Source: an uncultured bacterium (lineage in GTDB: Bacteria > Patescibacteriota > Minisyncoccia > Moranbacterales > UBA2206). From it: 64,000 nt of DNA. A model generated the notes under the pieces. The model ran no database searches, was not told the DNA's origin, and worked only from the letters and a program-made list of their open reading frames with translations. Shown one piece after another: positions 16,764-25,677 of the stretch (within the stretch, counting starts at the first letter, position 1; each line of letters starts with the position of its first letter). Made by a program: the position numbers and the translations under genes. Location: contig CAIZXS010000004.1 in assembly GCA_903937035.1 (NCBI GenBank), positions 4,693 to 68,692 on the forward strand, in the 5' to 3' direction.

Positions 16764-18620
16764 TTAGTTCAAGTTTTTCAAATCATTCTCATTGACTCGA
16801 TAGATGAGAAGAGATGTGCCTACTTGATATGTGGGTTTAAGTTTTTGAGTCCAGCGATAAGTTTCCTGGTCTTTTTTTGTTGCGTCATAGATACTACCCT
16901 GGAGGAAATTAGTTGAGATGGCATACCAACCAGCTTCGATGGGGCGCTTGGAATCGTACCACATAATATATTTATCTTTGACGTAGTATTTTATATCTGC
17001 TCCACCAAAATAATCAACACGGATTTTATCAATTTCTGGGTGTTCGTCAAGAAATGGTTGTAGTCTTTTCAAATCTTGTCCCCAATCAGCATTGGAATCT
17101 GTGACAAAATTATAGCCATTTTTCGGTCCACCAGCGGTTTGATTGAAATAGGACATATAATAGGGGTAGGCGGTCACAGTCTCGACGATAAGTAGTAGTG
17201 AAAAAATAAGTACGATTGACAGCGATAGTATTTTTGCGGGAATATTTCTTCTTTTTTCACAAAAGTCGATGATGATTTTAGCAGTAAGGATGTAGGCAAA
17301 GGGCAAGATTGGAAAGAGATGGCGAAAGCCAATATTGAGGTTTCCAGTAATGCTGATGTAGGCATAGAGTAGGATGAAAGCGAACATCGCTAGTGTTTCA
17401 ATGTTGTGCCTAAGATAGTCTCTGAACGCCGTGAGCCATGGTGATTTTTGGGCAGATTCTTTGAAGCGATCAAAGAATGCTTTAATATTATTCCAAAAAC
17501 CGATGACGGCAGCAAATAGCATCAGCAGTAACATTATTATCGGTTCTTTAAGCGCGAAAACTGTTGGGAAATAGGCAGGAAAGGCAGCATTGGAAACTTG
17601 ACCCATGAAATAGGCGCCATTGCCACCAGCTACTCTTTTGAAAACCATAGCGATGCCAAGGAAATATTCTGATAGCGGGCGTAATAGGGCTGTTTCATTG
17701 AGAACAAGGAGTGTTTTATTGGTGTAGATGTTTTTGATGTTTTCTGTGTCCGTAGGACTAAAATAGAAGTTGATTGTTTCAGCCAATTTTTCTTTGGGCA
17801 TATCAAAGTTATTGAAGGCATAGAATAGCCAAACAATAAGGAGGGAAAAAGCGATAGCGACAAGGCTTTTTCCTAGGTATTCTCCTAATTTTTTTAGCTT
17901 AAAAAGCCAGGCGCTTTTCTCTTCGGGAGGAATTTTTTTGACCAGAGGGTAGATGATTGCGATAAGACCGAAAATGGGAAAGAGCATGATGGAAGAAAAT
18001 TTCGTCAGTTGGACAAGAGCAAGGAAGAGTCCGCCGAGCGCGACATTTTTCCAGGAAGGGTCTTTGATGAATTTCAAAAAATAATAAAATGACAGCATCA
18101 TGAATCCAGCAATGCCAAGGTCGGTTGTAACGAAATGATTATGGCCCAAAATATTGGGATCAAATGCGTAGAGGGTTAGGGCGAGGAGTCCGCCGATTGT
18201 TCCTGCAAGTTCTTTGCTCCATTTGAAAATGAATAGGCCAAAAAGCAGAGAAAGTAGGACAAATGGAATGCGCGCCCAAAAAATAAGTAGATCAGGATCG
18301 TTACCATTTAGCCAGAAAAGATTGTGACCAGCCACCCATTGACCATTAACATCGGTGGTCCAAAAATTTTGCGTGGTATCAAAGTTTAAGTTTAAAAAAA
18401 GCAAAGGAAATGCGGCGAGGTCTTTCAGCAGTGGCGGATGTTCTGGGTTAAGGCGCATGTCATGCATCGTCAGGTAGGAATAGCCGGCAGGGATGTGGGC
18501 AGTTTCATCGAAAATGGCACTGTCCCACCAAGCATTCAGGACGGAAACCGTAAAGATGAAAGCGAGGATGACTCCAATAACTAGCTTGTAGTTTTTTTCC
18601 AAAAATTTTTGGATTGACAT
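16764..18620 (-). CDS. GT-C family membrane glycosyltransferase (GT39/ArnT/PMT-like, polyprenyl-phosphate-sugar dependent)
   Basis: 618 aa with >10 TMs. First loop FDETAHIPAGYSYL..RLNPEHPPLLKDLAAFP resembles the PMT/ArnT DE-loop. Confidence 0.75.
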   Translation of the reverse strand: MSIQKFLEKNYKLVIGVILAFIFTVSVLNAWWDSAIFDETAHIPAGYSYLTMHDMRLNPEHPPLLKDLAAFPLLFLNLNFDTTQNFWTTDVNGQWVAGHNLFWLNGNDPDLLIFWARIPFVLLSLLFGLFIFKWSKELAGTIGGLLALTLYAFDPNILGHNHFVTTDLGIAGFMMLSFYYFLKFIKDPSWKNVALGGLFLALVQLTKFSSIMLFPIFGLIAIIYPLVKKIPPEEKSAWLFKLKKLGEYLGKSLVAIAFSLLIVWLFYAFNNFDMPKEKLAETINFYFSPTDTENIKNIYTNKTLLVLNETALLRPLSEYFLGIAMVFKRVAGGNGAYFMGQVSNAAFPAYFPTVFALKEPIIMLLLMLFAAVIGFWNNIKAFFDRFKESAQKSPWLTAFRDYLRHNIETLAMFAFILLYAYISITGNLNIGFRHLFPILPFAYILTAKIIIDFCEKRRNIPAKILSLSIVLIFSLLLIVETVTAYPYYMSYFNQTAGGPKNGYNFVTDSNADWGQDLKRLQPFLDEHPEIDKIRVDYFGGADIKYYVKDKYIMWYDSKRPIEAGWYAISTNFLQGSIYDATKKDQETYRWTQKLKPTYQVGTSLLIYRVNENDLKNLN

Positions 18621-18814
18621 AGGTTTAGTATGTTTAGTTTATTATCATTTTTTAAGCTTTAAATTCATCGTAAGATTAGTATATCATATTTTTATGTTAT
18701 CCACAGCAGGAAGTCATTTGGCTTGTAGCAAGAATTGTTTTTTTGTTGTATAATTTAAACAAGAGAAAGTTTTAGTTATCTTTTTAATATTTATAATAAA
18801 TTAGAAATAAAAAA

Positions 18815-21634
18815 ATGAAAGAAAGTTTTGCATTTAATAATCAACCAGCAGCTAAAAAAAATAAAATAATTGAGTTCCCTCAAACTGAGGAAAAAAGAAA
18901 GCAGCTTGAACTTGCTAAGGCAAAATCTGGAATGGCTAGCGGTGAAAAAAAACACATTGGCGTCGATGCAGAAACTGATATGATTAGAAAAAAAGGTGAT
19001 GAGGTTCAAGAAGGTGCTTTCGCGGCTTATCAAGGAGAGGACACGCAGGAAGTGGCAGTCGAGCCAGTTTCAAAAGGCATTGACGCAAAGACGGATCACA
19101 TCAGGAGAGATGCTGATGATATGCAGGAAAATGCTTTCGCAGCTTATCAGGTGGAGGATGCTGAAAATGGGACAAAAACTGATCCAGTTTCGAGAGGTAT
19201 CGATGCGAAGGCAGATATCATTAGAAGAGAGGATGATGAAATGCAAGGAAGCGCTTTTGCGGCCTATCAAGAAGAGGCTGGCGATACTGGCAAGAAAAAA
19301 ACTGATGGTGTTAAGCCTGAAGCAGATATCATTAGAAGAGAGGATGATGAAATGCAGGAGGGTGCTTTTGCAGCTTATCGAGGGGAGGTTGGTGATATTA
19401 TTCCTGCTGGAGAAAAAGAGAAGACTGACGCCAAGAGAGAGGCTCGGAAAGATATGGGCAGAAAAATTGGCAAGAGCATGGAGGAAAAGGACGATGGTCG
19501 GTTTAAGATGGGCGAAGAAAAAGAGTATAGCCCTGAAGAGCAAGAAAAGCTTGGCAAGCTCGAAGAGCTGACGATTTTAGTGGAAGAAAAAAGAAAGGCC
19601 TATGCCGCTGAGGATTATAGGACAACAAATATTTTCACAAAGCTCAAAAGCGTGCTGGGCATGAAGACTGAAAATTTACCGACTGGTGCCAAGGATTCAT
19701 TTGCTTATCAGCAATATCAGGGAGCATTGAATGAGTTGCGAAATTTACAAATCCAGACGCTGCGAGATAAATATGCCAACATGGATAATTTGCCACCAAC
19801 TGAAAAAGCGGCGGCGATGACGGAAATGAAAAAAGAGATGGGCGAGATGGCGACATATTTTGGATTCACCGAGAAACTTGATTTAGCGGGAGCAAGGACG
19901 GATGCGCGAACAGCAGCTTGGTCAGAAACGAAGATGGGAAGATTTGGAGAGAAAGCTTTGAAATGGAGCGCTGAACGGATTAACGAATACCGCAAGTTGG
20001 ATCCAAAAATTAAAATGGCTATTGCGATAACTCTTTTCTCGGTTGGAGGTATCGCCGCATTTACGGGATCAGCTGGTGTAGTGGCTGGTGTGGCTGGTGT
20101 GAACTTAGTTCGCAGATGGCTTGGCGGTGCGGCACTTGGCGCTGGAATAACAGAGGGCATGGAGGCACGTTCAAGGAACAAGGTGAGCAAAAAAGCAGAA
20201 AAAGACAAGCATGAAATGACGGGAAATGTGGAAAGAAGTTTGCAAGAGCAAATTCAGGCGCTTAATGAATATTGTGGTAAGGAAATGAAGACCTATCATG
20301 ATGGTTTGCAAAAAGAGAAGAGTCAAGCGAGAAACAGAAAATTAATTGGAATGAGCGCTGGTGTTGCAGTGGGATCGGGGGCAGCCGGGTGGCTTATCGG
20401 GAAGGGATTTGGTCTCGTGAAAGATGGGGCAACTAGTCTTTGGGAGCATGTGAATGTGGGTGGCGCAGATGAATCTGGAGGGCTAGCTTTTGCTAGTGAA
20501 CCGGCGCCGGTCGAAGTCAGCACGAATCCTATCGACCATGCAGATTCTGCTCATGAAGCGACGCATGCTGGGGCGTCTGATGGTGACAGGTTTGGTTCGG
20601 CTGAGGTGCCAGTGTCAACACATGGGGCCTCTGAGTATGTCGCAGCAAAGGGCGATAGTGTTGAGAGGATAATGATAAATCAGAAAATTGCCGAAGGCAT
20701 GAGCCCTCATGACGCAGAAACATTGGCTCATCAGATAGCGTCAAATCCTGATAATGAAGAAACTCTTAAAGAGCTGGGTAAAATTAAACCGGGACAGAAG
20801 GTTATCGTTGATTGGGAAAAGGGAACTGTTAAGGTGGATCGCATCCTTAGTGCTCATATCAACAATCCAGATGCGCATGCAGAAGGAGCAGGGGTTCATC
20901 AGCCTTCGGTTGAAAAAGCGATTCCGGTTGGGCCAGATGTCAGCGCCACTTCAGAAGCACCAATCTCCGCAGGTGTAGGGCCAGATGTGGAACCTCATTC
21001 CAGTTCGGTTGACAGTGGTGTGGGTACGCAAGAGGGAGTAGAAAATGGTAGTCCGGACTCAAGTGCACAATCACATGCTTCGGCTGATGGAGATCGAATG
21101 CATCAAGAATTAAGCAATGAGTATCAAAAAGTTTACGGCAAGGGTGGCGCTGAAATATTAAGAAATATTCAGTCGATGCCGGAATCTATGCAAGCCCACA
21201 GAGAGGAACTACTAGATCTTGGTAGATTAAAGGTTGCAGCGGAAGAGGCATACACAAGAGCTGTGGGTGATACTAGTGATGTCAGTGGCGCAAGAGCGGC
21301 AGCGCTCGAATCAGCTAAAGTTGGTTATGAAAAGGCTTACGCGAAGGCCTTTAATTCACTTGCCAGAGAGACTTTTGCTGGACAGCAGATTGAAGGTGGG
21401 GTAGCGGGGCTAAAAGCTGTTGGGGCGGCTGAATTTTTGAGTAGCGAAAATGGACAGAGTTCAAAGCTCGTAGAATTGAAGGGCTATGTGGCCAAGCAAT
21501 TTGGAACTAATTTTTCTAATCCACGTCCCGGAGAGAATATGTTTTCTTGGACAACTAGAATGATTAAGTCATCGCTCGAAGCTGGCGGCGTAGAATATAA
21601 AAACTTTAAGTTGTTAGATCGTGGCGGGAAATAG
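18815..21634 (+). CDS. large hypothetical protein with N-terminal tandem 40-aa repeats, central hydrophobic/Gly-Ala-rich segments and acidic C-terminal region
   Basis: 939-aa ORF. Four to five repeats of D..IRR[ED]DDEMQEGAFAAYQ.E. TM-like segments AIAITLFSVGGIAAFTGSAGVVAGVAGV and LIGMSAGVAVGSGAAGWLIG. Confidence 0.7.
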   Translation: MKESFAFNNQPAAKKNKIIEFPQTEEKRKQLELAKAKSGMASGEKKHIGVDAETDMIRKKGDEVQEGAFAAYQGEDTQEVAVEPVSKGIDAKTDHIRRDADDMQENAFAAYQVEDAENGTKTDPVSRGIDAKADIIRREDDEMQGSAFAAYQEEAGDTGKKKTDGVKPEADIIRREDDEMQEGAFAAYRGEVGDIIPAGEKEKTDAKREARKDMGRKIGKSMEEKDDGRFKMGEEKEYSPEEQEKLGKLEELTILVEEKRKAYAAEDYRTTNIFTKLKSVLGMKTENLPTGAKDSFAYQQYQGALNELRNLQIQTLRDKYANMDNLPPTEKAAAMTEMKKEMGEMATYFGFTEKLDLAGARTDARTAAWSETKMGRFGEKALKWSAERINEYRKLDPKIKMAIAITLFSVGGIAAFTGSAGVVAGVAGVNLVRRWLGGAALGAGITEGMEARSRNKVSKKAEKDKHEMTGNVERSLQEQIQALNEYCGKEMKTYHDGLQKEKSQARNRKLIGMSAGVAVGSGAAGWLIGKGFGLVKDGATSLWEHVNVGGADESGGLAFASEPAPVEVSTNPIDHADSAHEATHAGASDGDRFGSAEVPVSTHGASEYVAAKGDSVERIMINQKIAEGMSPHDAETLAHQIASNPDNEETLKELGKIKPGQKVIVDWEKGTVKVDRILSAHINNPDAHAEGAGVHQPSVEKAIPVGPDVSATSEAPISAGVGPDVEPHSSSVDSGVGTQEGVENGSPDSSAQSHASADGDRMHQELSNEYQKVYGKGGAEILRNIQSMPESMQAHREELLDLGRLKVAAEEAYTRAVGDTSDVSGARAAALESAKVGYEKAYAKAFNSLARETFAGQQIEGGVAGLKAVGAAEFLSSENGQSSKLVELKGYVAKQFGTNFSNPRPGENMFSWTTRMIKSSLEAGGVEYKNFKLLDRGGK

Positions 21635-21714
21635 GCTTTTTTGCTAAAAAATAAAAAGTTCAATTTAAAAAATTAATCTTACTCGCCGAATTATTTGGCG
21701 GTAACAAAAATAAG

Positions 21715-22014
21715 ATGACAGATCAAGCGCAATTGCAAAAGGAGTTGTTAGAAGAATTGGGACTGGCGAGTCTTCCGCCAGACAAGCAAGAAGAGATTCT
21801 GATTAAAATGACGGAAGTCCTGTTGAAGCGAATTTTCGTGGAAACAATGGAGAAGTTGAGTGAGGCAGATCGTGAGATGTACGAGAAGATGGTTGATGAA
21901 AAAAGCGAACCAGAAAAGATTGGTGAATTTCTAAAGGAAAAAGTATTAAATTATGATGAAATGGTGCAAAAGATTATTGCTGATTTTAAAGAAGAAATGA
22001 AGAAAGTGGAGTAG
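21715..22014 (+). CDS. hypothetical acidic protein
   Basis: 99-aa ORF, Glu/Lys-rich, no recognisable motif. Confidence 0.45.
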   Translation: MTDQAQLQKELLEELGLASLPPDKQEEILIKMTEVLLKRIFVETMEKLSEADREMYEKMVDEKSEPEKIGEFLKEKVLNYDEMVQKIIADFKEEMKKVE

Positions 22015-22039
22015 CTAATATTTTTTTAAGTATAATTTT

Positions 22040-22480
22040 ATGTTAGAGCCAATTGAAGATGGAGATTTGGATTTGAAAAATAAGTTCATAAAAGGTGGGA
22101 TTGAGGGTGAAAAGAGAGTTGTGTCAAACTTACCTAAAGATGATTCGGAAATTATTCCAACTCCAGAAGCGCCAGAAAGAAAAGAGGGAAGGGTGGAGCG
22201 GGATGATACCTATGCCAAGATTCTTGCTAAGGTGAAGAGCTCTAATCCTGCGGCCCAGAGTGATGTTTCGGCGGATGCCAAAATAGCTGGTGAAGGAACG
22301 GACTATGAAAATAAAATTATAAAATTAGTTGAATTAGCTGAGGCAAAGGGTGTTGTGCACGCAGTCAAGGTGGCACAACACATGGAGGATAATTATTTGC
22401 TTGACGAATTGCATGATCGACTTCTAGCGACAGATTTGCATGACGCGTTGGTAAAGAAAGGGATGATTGTGGAAGAATAA
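22040..22480 (+). CDS. hypothetical protein
   Basis: 146-aa ORF, no recognisable motif. Confidence 0.45.
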   Translation: MLEPIEDGDLDLKNKFIKGGIEGEKRVVSNLPKDDSEIIPTPEAPERKEGRVERDDTYAKILAKVKSSNPAAQSDVSADAKIAGEGTDYENKIIKLVELAEAKGVVHAVKVAQHMEDNYLLDELHDRLLATDLHDALVKKGMIVEE

Positions 22481-22533
22481 CTTCCGAACCATGATTCGTC
22501 TGATTAATTGAGGGGCTATGATTTTTCAAGGGA

Positions 22534-22929
22534 ATGATTATTGAGGAGAAATATAAATATTCGGATTTGACGGGTAAAATTATCGGCGCAGCAATGGAGG
22601 TGCACAAGATTTTGGGTAATGGTTTCCAGGAGGTTATCTATCAAAGAGCGCTAGCAATTGAATTAGATAATCAGAATTTGTCTTTCGTTCGAGAACAAGA
22701 AATGCAAATTGAGTATAAATGCCAAGAAATTGGGCTAAGAAGAGTTGATTTTTTTGTTGAAAAGAAGGTGATGGTGGAAATTAAAGCGTTAATTCAGCTT
22801 GAGGATGTGCATTTGGCTCAAGCGATTAATTATCTGGAGGCGTACAATCTGGAAATAGGTTTGCTTATAAATTTTGGTTCAAAAAGTTTACAGTTTAAGA
22901 GGCTGATGAGAAAAATTAAGAAATCATAG
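22534..22929 (+). CDS. GxxExxY family protein (PD-(D/E)XK-like)
   Basis: LGNGFQEVIYQRALAIEL carries the G-x-x-E-x-x-Y signature; the downstream ..RVDFFVE..VMVEIKA.. pattern also fits this family. Confidence 0.75.
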   Translation: MIIEEKYKYSDLTGKIIGAAMEVHKILGNGFQEVIYQRALAIELDNQNLSFVREQEMQIEYKCQEIGLRRVDFFVEKKVMVEIKALIQLEDVHLAQAINYLEAYNLEIGLLINFGSKSLQFKRLMRKIKKS

Positions 22930-22968
22930 CCTATCAAATAATCATTTTAATCATAGTTCAAGATAATT

Positions 22969-25428
22969 ATGGATTACGCATGGCTTATTAGTAGTGTGCT
23001 TTTGGTTTCAGGAATAGCGACTTTGCTTAGTGGCGCTTGGCTTGTTGTAGCAAGCTTTTTGGGTTTTCGCGCTCAGGTCAATCAATCAATGAATCTGGAT
23101 CTTGATGTGATTCGCGTTTCAAAAATCAATAAGAGTGAGGAGGAAAAAACCAAAGAAGGGGAAAATTGGAAAGGCGAGATTGGAGCGATGGAGCAAATGC
23201 TTACGGCTTTTTCCTCAATTAGGGACACGCGGAGTTTTTTCAAAAAGCTGCTCTATGGTTCGCCTGCAATCTCATTGGAGATTGCTAATTCTTCCAAGAG
23301 TGAGGAAATCGTTTTTTTTATTGCGGTGCCAAGAAAATTTAGGGAAAATATCGAAAAACAGATTCATAGTTTTTTCCCATATGCATCTTTGGAAAAGACA
23401 ACTGATTTCAATATTTTTTTTCCTGGGAGTAAGACTGAGGCGTCAATTATTAAGTTGAAAAATAAATTCGCTTTGCCGATTCGTACCTATGAAAATCAAG
23501 AAATGGATCCGCTAAATGCCATTGCTAATGCACTTAGCAAGCTTGATACCGTGAGCGAGGGAGCAGCAATTCAATTAGTCTTGCGGCCAGCTGGAACGGC
23601 TTGGCGCGGAGAAGGGCGGCGCATTGCTCATGAGATGCAGCAAGGGAAAAGACTGCGCGATGTTGATAAATCTTTTATGGCAAAAGTGGGAAGTGAGCTT
23701 GGTTCTGCGGCGCTATCCGTTATCACTCCTACAAAAAAAGACGATCCAATGTCGGGGGATAAAAAAAATGTGCAGCTTACTCCAGAAGAACAAGAGTTGG
23801 TGAAGGGAATTGAAAAAAAAGCCTCAAAAACCGGATTTGAAACTAATATTCGTTTAGTGACGTCGGCTGCGACAAGCGAGCGAGCTCAGGAAATTTTAGC
23901 GCATCTTGAAAATGCTTTTGCGCAATATGAAAATGCGGATATAAATTGTTTCCAAGTGCAAAGAAAGAACAAGAAGGTAATTGCTTTTGATTTTATCTTC
24001 CGCAACTTTAAATCGGAAGAAAAAATGATTCTGGGAGTCGAGGAGATTTCTAGCATTTTTCATATTCCAATCTCCACCACTGAAGCGCCAAAAATTAAAT
24101 GGCTCAAAGCGAACGCTGCTCCACCTCCAGTTGGTATTCCTACTGAAGGGATACTTATTGGTTTTAATGAATATCGCGGAGCAAAAACAGACATTCGCCT
24201 AACAGAGAATGATCGAAGAAGACATCTCTATGCCATTGGCCAGACTGGAACGGGAAAGACAACCATTTTACAGGAAATGGCCAAGCAGGATGCCAAGGAA
24301 GGACGAGGATTTTGTTTTATTGATCCGCACGGTGATGCGATTGAGGATATTTTGGCTTGCATTCCCAAGGAGCGCGCCCAGGATGTGGTCGTATTTGATC
24401 CATCGGATGTTGAGCGGCCATTTGGGCTTAATATGCTCGAATATGACCCAGCCTTTCCAGAACAGATGACTTTTGTGATTAATGAAATGATTGGCATTTT
24501 CGATCAGCTCTATGACCTCAAAGCGACAGGCGGACCGATGTTTGAGCAATATATGCGCAATGCGATGTTTCTTGTGATGAGTGACCCGGATTCAGGATCG
24601 ACTTTAATGGAAATTTCCAAAGTGATGGCGGATGAGGATTTTCGTGCAATGAAACTTTCCAAATGTACCAATCAAACAGTGATAGATTTTTGGACCAAGG
24701 AAGCGGAGAAAGCCGGCGGTGAAGCGGCACTGGCTAATATGGTGCCCTACATCACCTCCAAGCTGACGCCGTTTATTTCCAATGACATGATGCGTCCGAT
24801 TATCTCTCAACAAAAAAGCACGATCAATTTTCGCGATATCATGGATAATAAGAAAATTTTGCTTGTTGCTCTTTCTAAGGGAAAAATCGGGGAAATTAAT
24901 GCGCGACTTTTAGGCATGGTGATTGTGGGAAAAATTTTGATGTCAGCGCTTGCGCGTACAAATATTCCGGAAAATGATCGTGTTGATTTTTATTTATATC
25001 TCGATGAGTTTCAAAATGTCACAACGAATTCTATCGCGCAAATTCTATCCGAGGCGAGAAAATATCGACTCTGTCTTAATATTGCCCATCAATTTATTGC
25101 TCAGCTCAAGGAAGAGATTTCAAAGGCTGTGTTTGGGAATATTGGTTCTATGATTCTTTATCGTGTTGGCCCGGAAGATGCGGAATTCCTAGAGAAGCAA
25201 GTGGCGCCGACTTTTACGCGGAATGATTTGGTGAATGTGGATAATCACAAGGGATTTGCCAAGGTTCTGATTGATGGCGTGCTTACTAAGCCTTTTAATA
25301 TTCAGGGTTTTCCTCCGACCAGAGGTGACCAGGAAGTGGCTAATGCTATCAAGGAACTCTCGCGACTCACCTATGGTCGCGACCGGCACGTTGTCAATCA
25401 AGAGATTATCGCTCGGACGAGATTTTAG
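22969..25428 (+). CDS. membrane-anchored VirD4/TraG/TraD-like (type IV coupling protein family) FtsK/HerA-superfamily ATPase
   Basis: N-terminal TM. HLYAIGQTGTGKTT Walker A, then CFIDPHGDAIEDIL and VVVFDPSD...FGLNMLEY as in T4CP nucleotide-binding domains. Walker B YLYLDEFQNV. Confidence 0.7.
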   Translation: MDYAWLISSVLLVSGIATLLSGAWLVVASFLGFRAQVNQSMNLDLDVIRVSKINKSEEEKTKEGENWKGEIGAMEQMLTAFSSIRDTRSFFKKLLYGSPAISLEIANSSKSEEIVFFIAVPRKFRENIEKQIHSFFPYASLEKTTDFNIFFPGSKTEASIIKLKNKFALPIRTYENQEMDPLNAIANALSKLDTVSEGAAIQLVLRPAGTAWRGEGRRIAHEMQQGKRLRDVDKSFMAKVGSELGSAALSVITPTKKDDPMSGDKKNVQLTPEEQELVKGIEKKASKTGFETNIRLVTSAATSERAQEILAHLENAFAQYENADINCFQVQRKNKKVIAFDFIFRNFKSEEKMILGVEEISSIFHIPISTTEAPKIKWLKANAAPPPVGIPTEGILIGFNEYRGAKTDIRLTENDRRRHLYAIGQTGTGKTTILQEMAKQDAKEGRGFCFIDPHGDAIEDILACIPKERAQDVVVFDPSDVERPFGLNMLEYDPAFPEQMTFVINEMIGIFDQLYDLKATGGPMFEQYMRNAMFLVMSDPDSGSTLMEISKVMADEDFRAMKLSKCTNQTVIDFWTKEAEKAGGEAALANMVPYITSKLTPFISNDMMRPIISQQKSTINFRDIMDNKKILLVALSKGKIGEINARLLGMVIVGKILMSALARTNIPENDRVDFYLYLDEFQNVTTNSIAQILSEARKYRLCLNIAHQFIAQLKEEISKAVFGNIGSMILYRVGPEDAEFLEKQVAPTFTRNDLVNVDNHKGFAKVLIDGVLTKPFNIQGFPPTRGDQEVANAIKELSRLTYGRDRHVVNQEIIARTRF

Positions 25429-25464
25429 AAAATGTTTATTTTTAGTCGGTTATTTATAGACATA

Positions 25465-25601
25465 GGACTTACGTGTTTGCCAAATAATTATTATTGAAAG
25501 CGACACTTTTCCCTTTTAGTTAGTTTGTTGCTGGTTTACCAAAAGCTTTTTCAGCTAAATAAGCTATGCGTGCGAATAATTCTTCGATAAGCGCGTAAGT
25601 C
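25465..25601. mobile_element. MITE-like element, family B, copy 2 (137 bp)
   Basis: Left end ggacttacgtgtttgcc, right end gataagcgcgtaagtc (reverse complement gacttacgcgcttatc). Sits between convergent genes. Confidence 0.6.
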
Positions 25602-25623
25602 GTGAGATAAAAATAAAACTAAT

Positions 25624-25667
25624 GAAAAAACAGGAACGAGCTATGAGCTCCGTTCCTGTTTTTTTAA
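25624..25667. terminator. bidirectional intrinsic terminator (A6-hairpin-T7) between convergent genes
   Basis: aaaaaacaggaacgagctatgagctccgttcctgttttttt has a 9+4 bp stem with A-tract upstream and T-tract downstream. Confidence 0.7.
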
Positions 25668-25677
25668 AAGATGCTAA

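Noticed and set aside
22969-25428. Complete type IV secretion or conjugation system implied by the VirD4-like ATPase
   Set aside because: No VirB4/VirB6/VirB8/VirB9/VirB10/VirB11, relaxase or integrase genes within the window. Only the coupling-protein-like ATPase is present.
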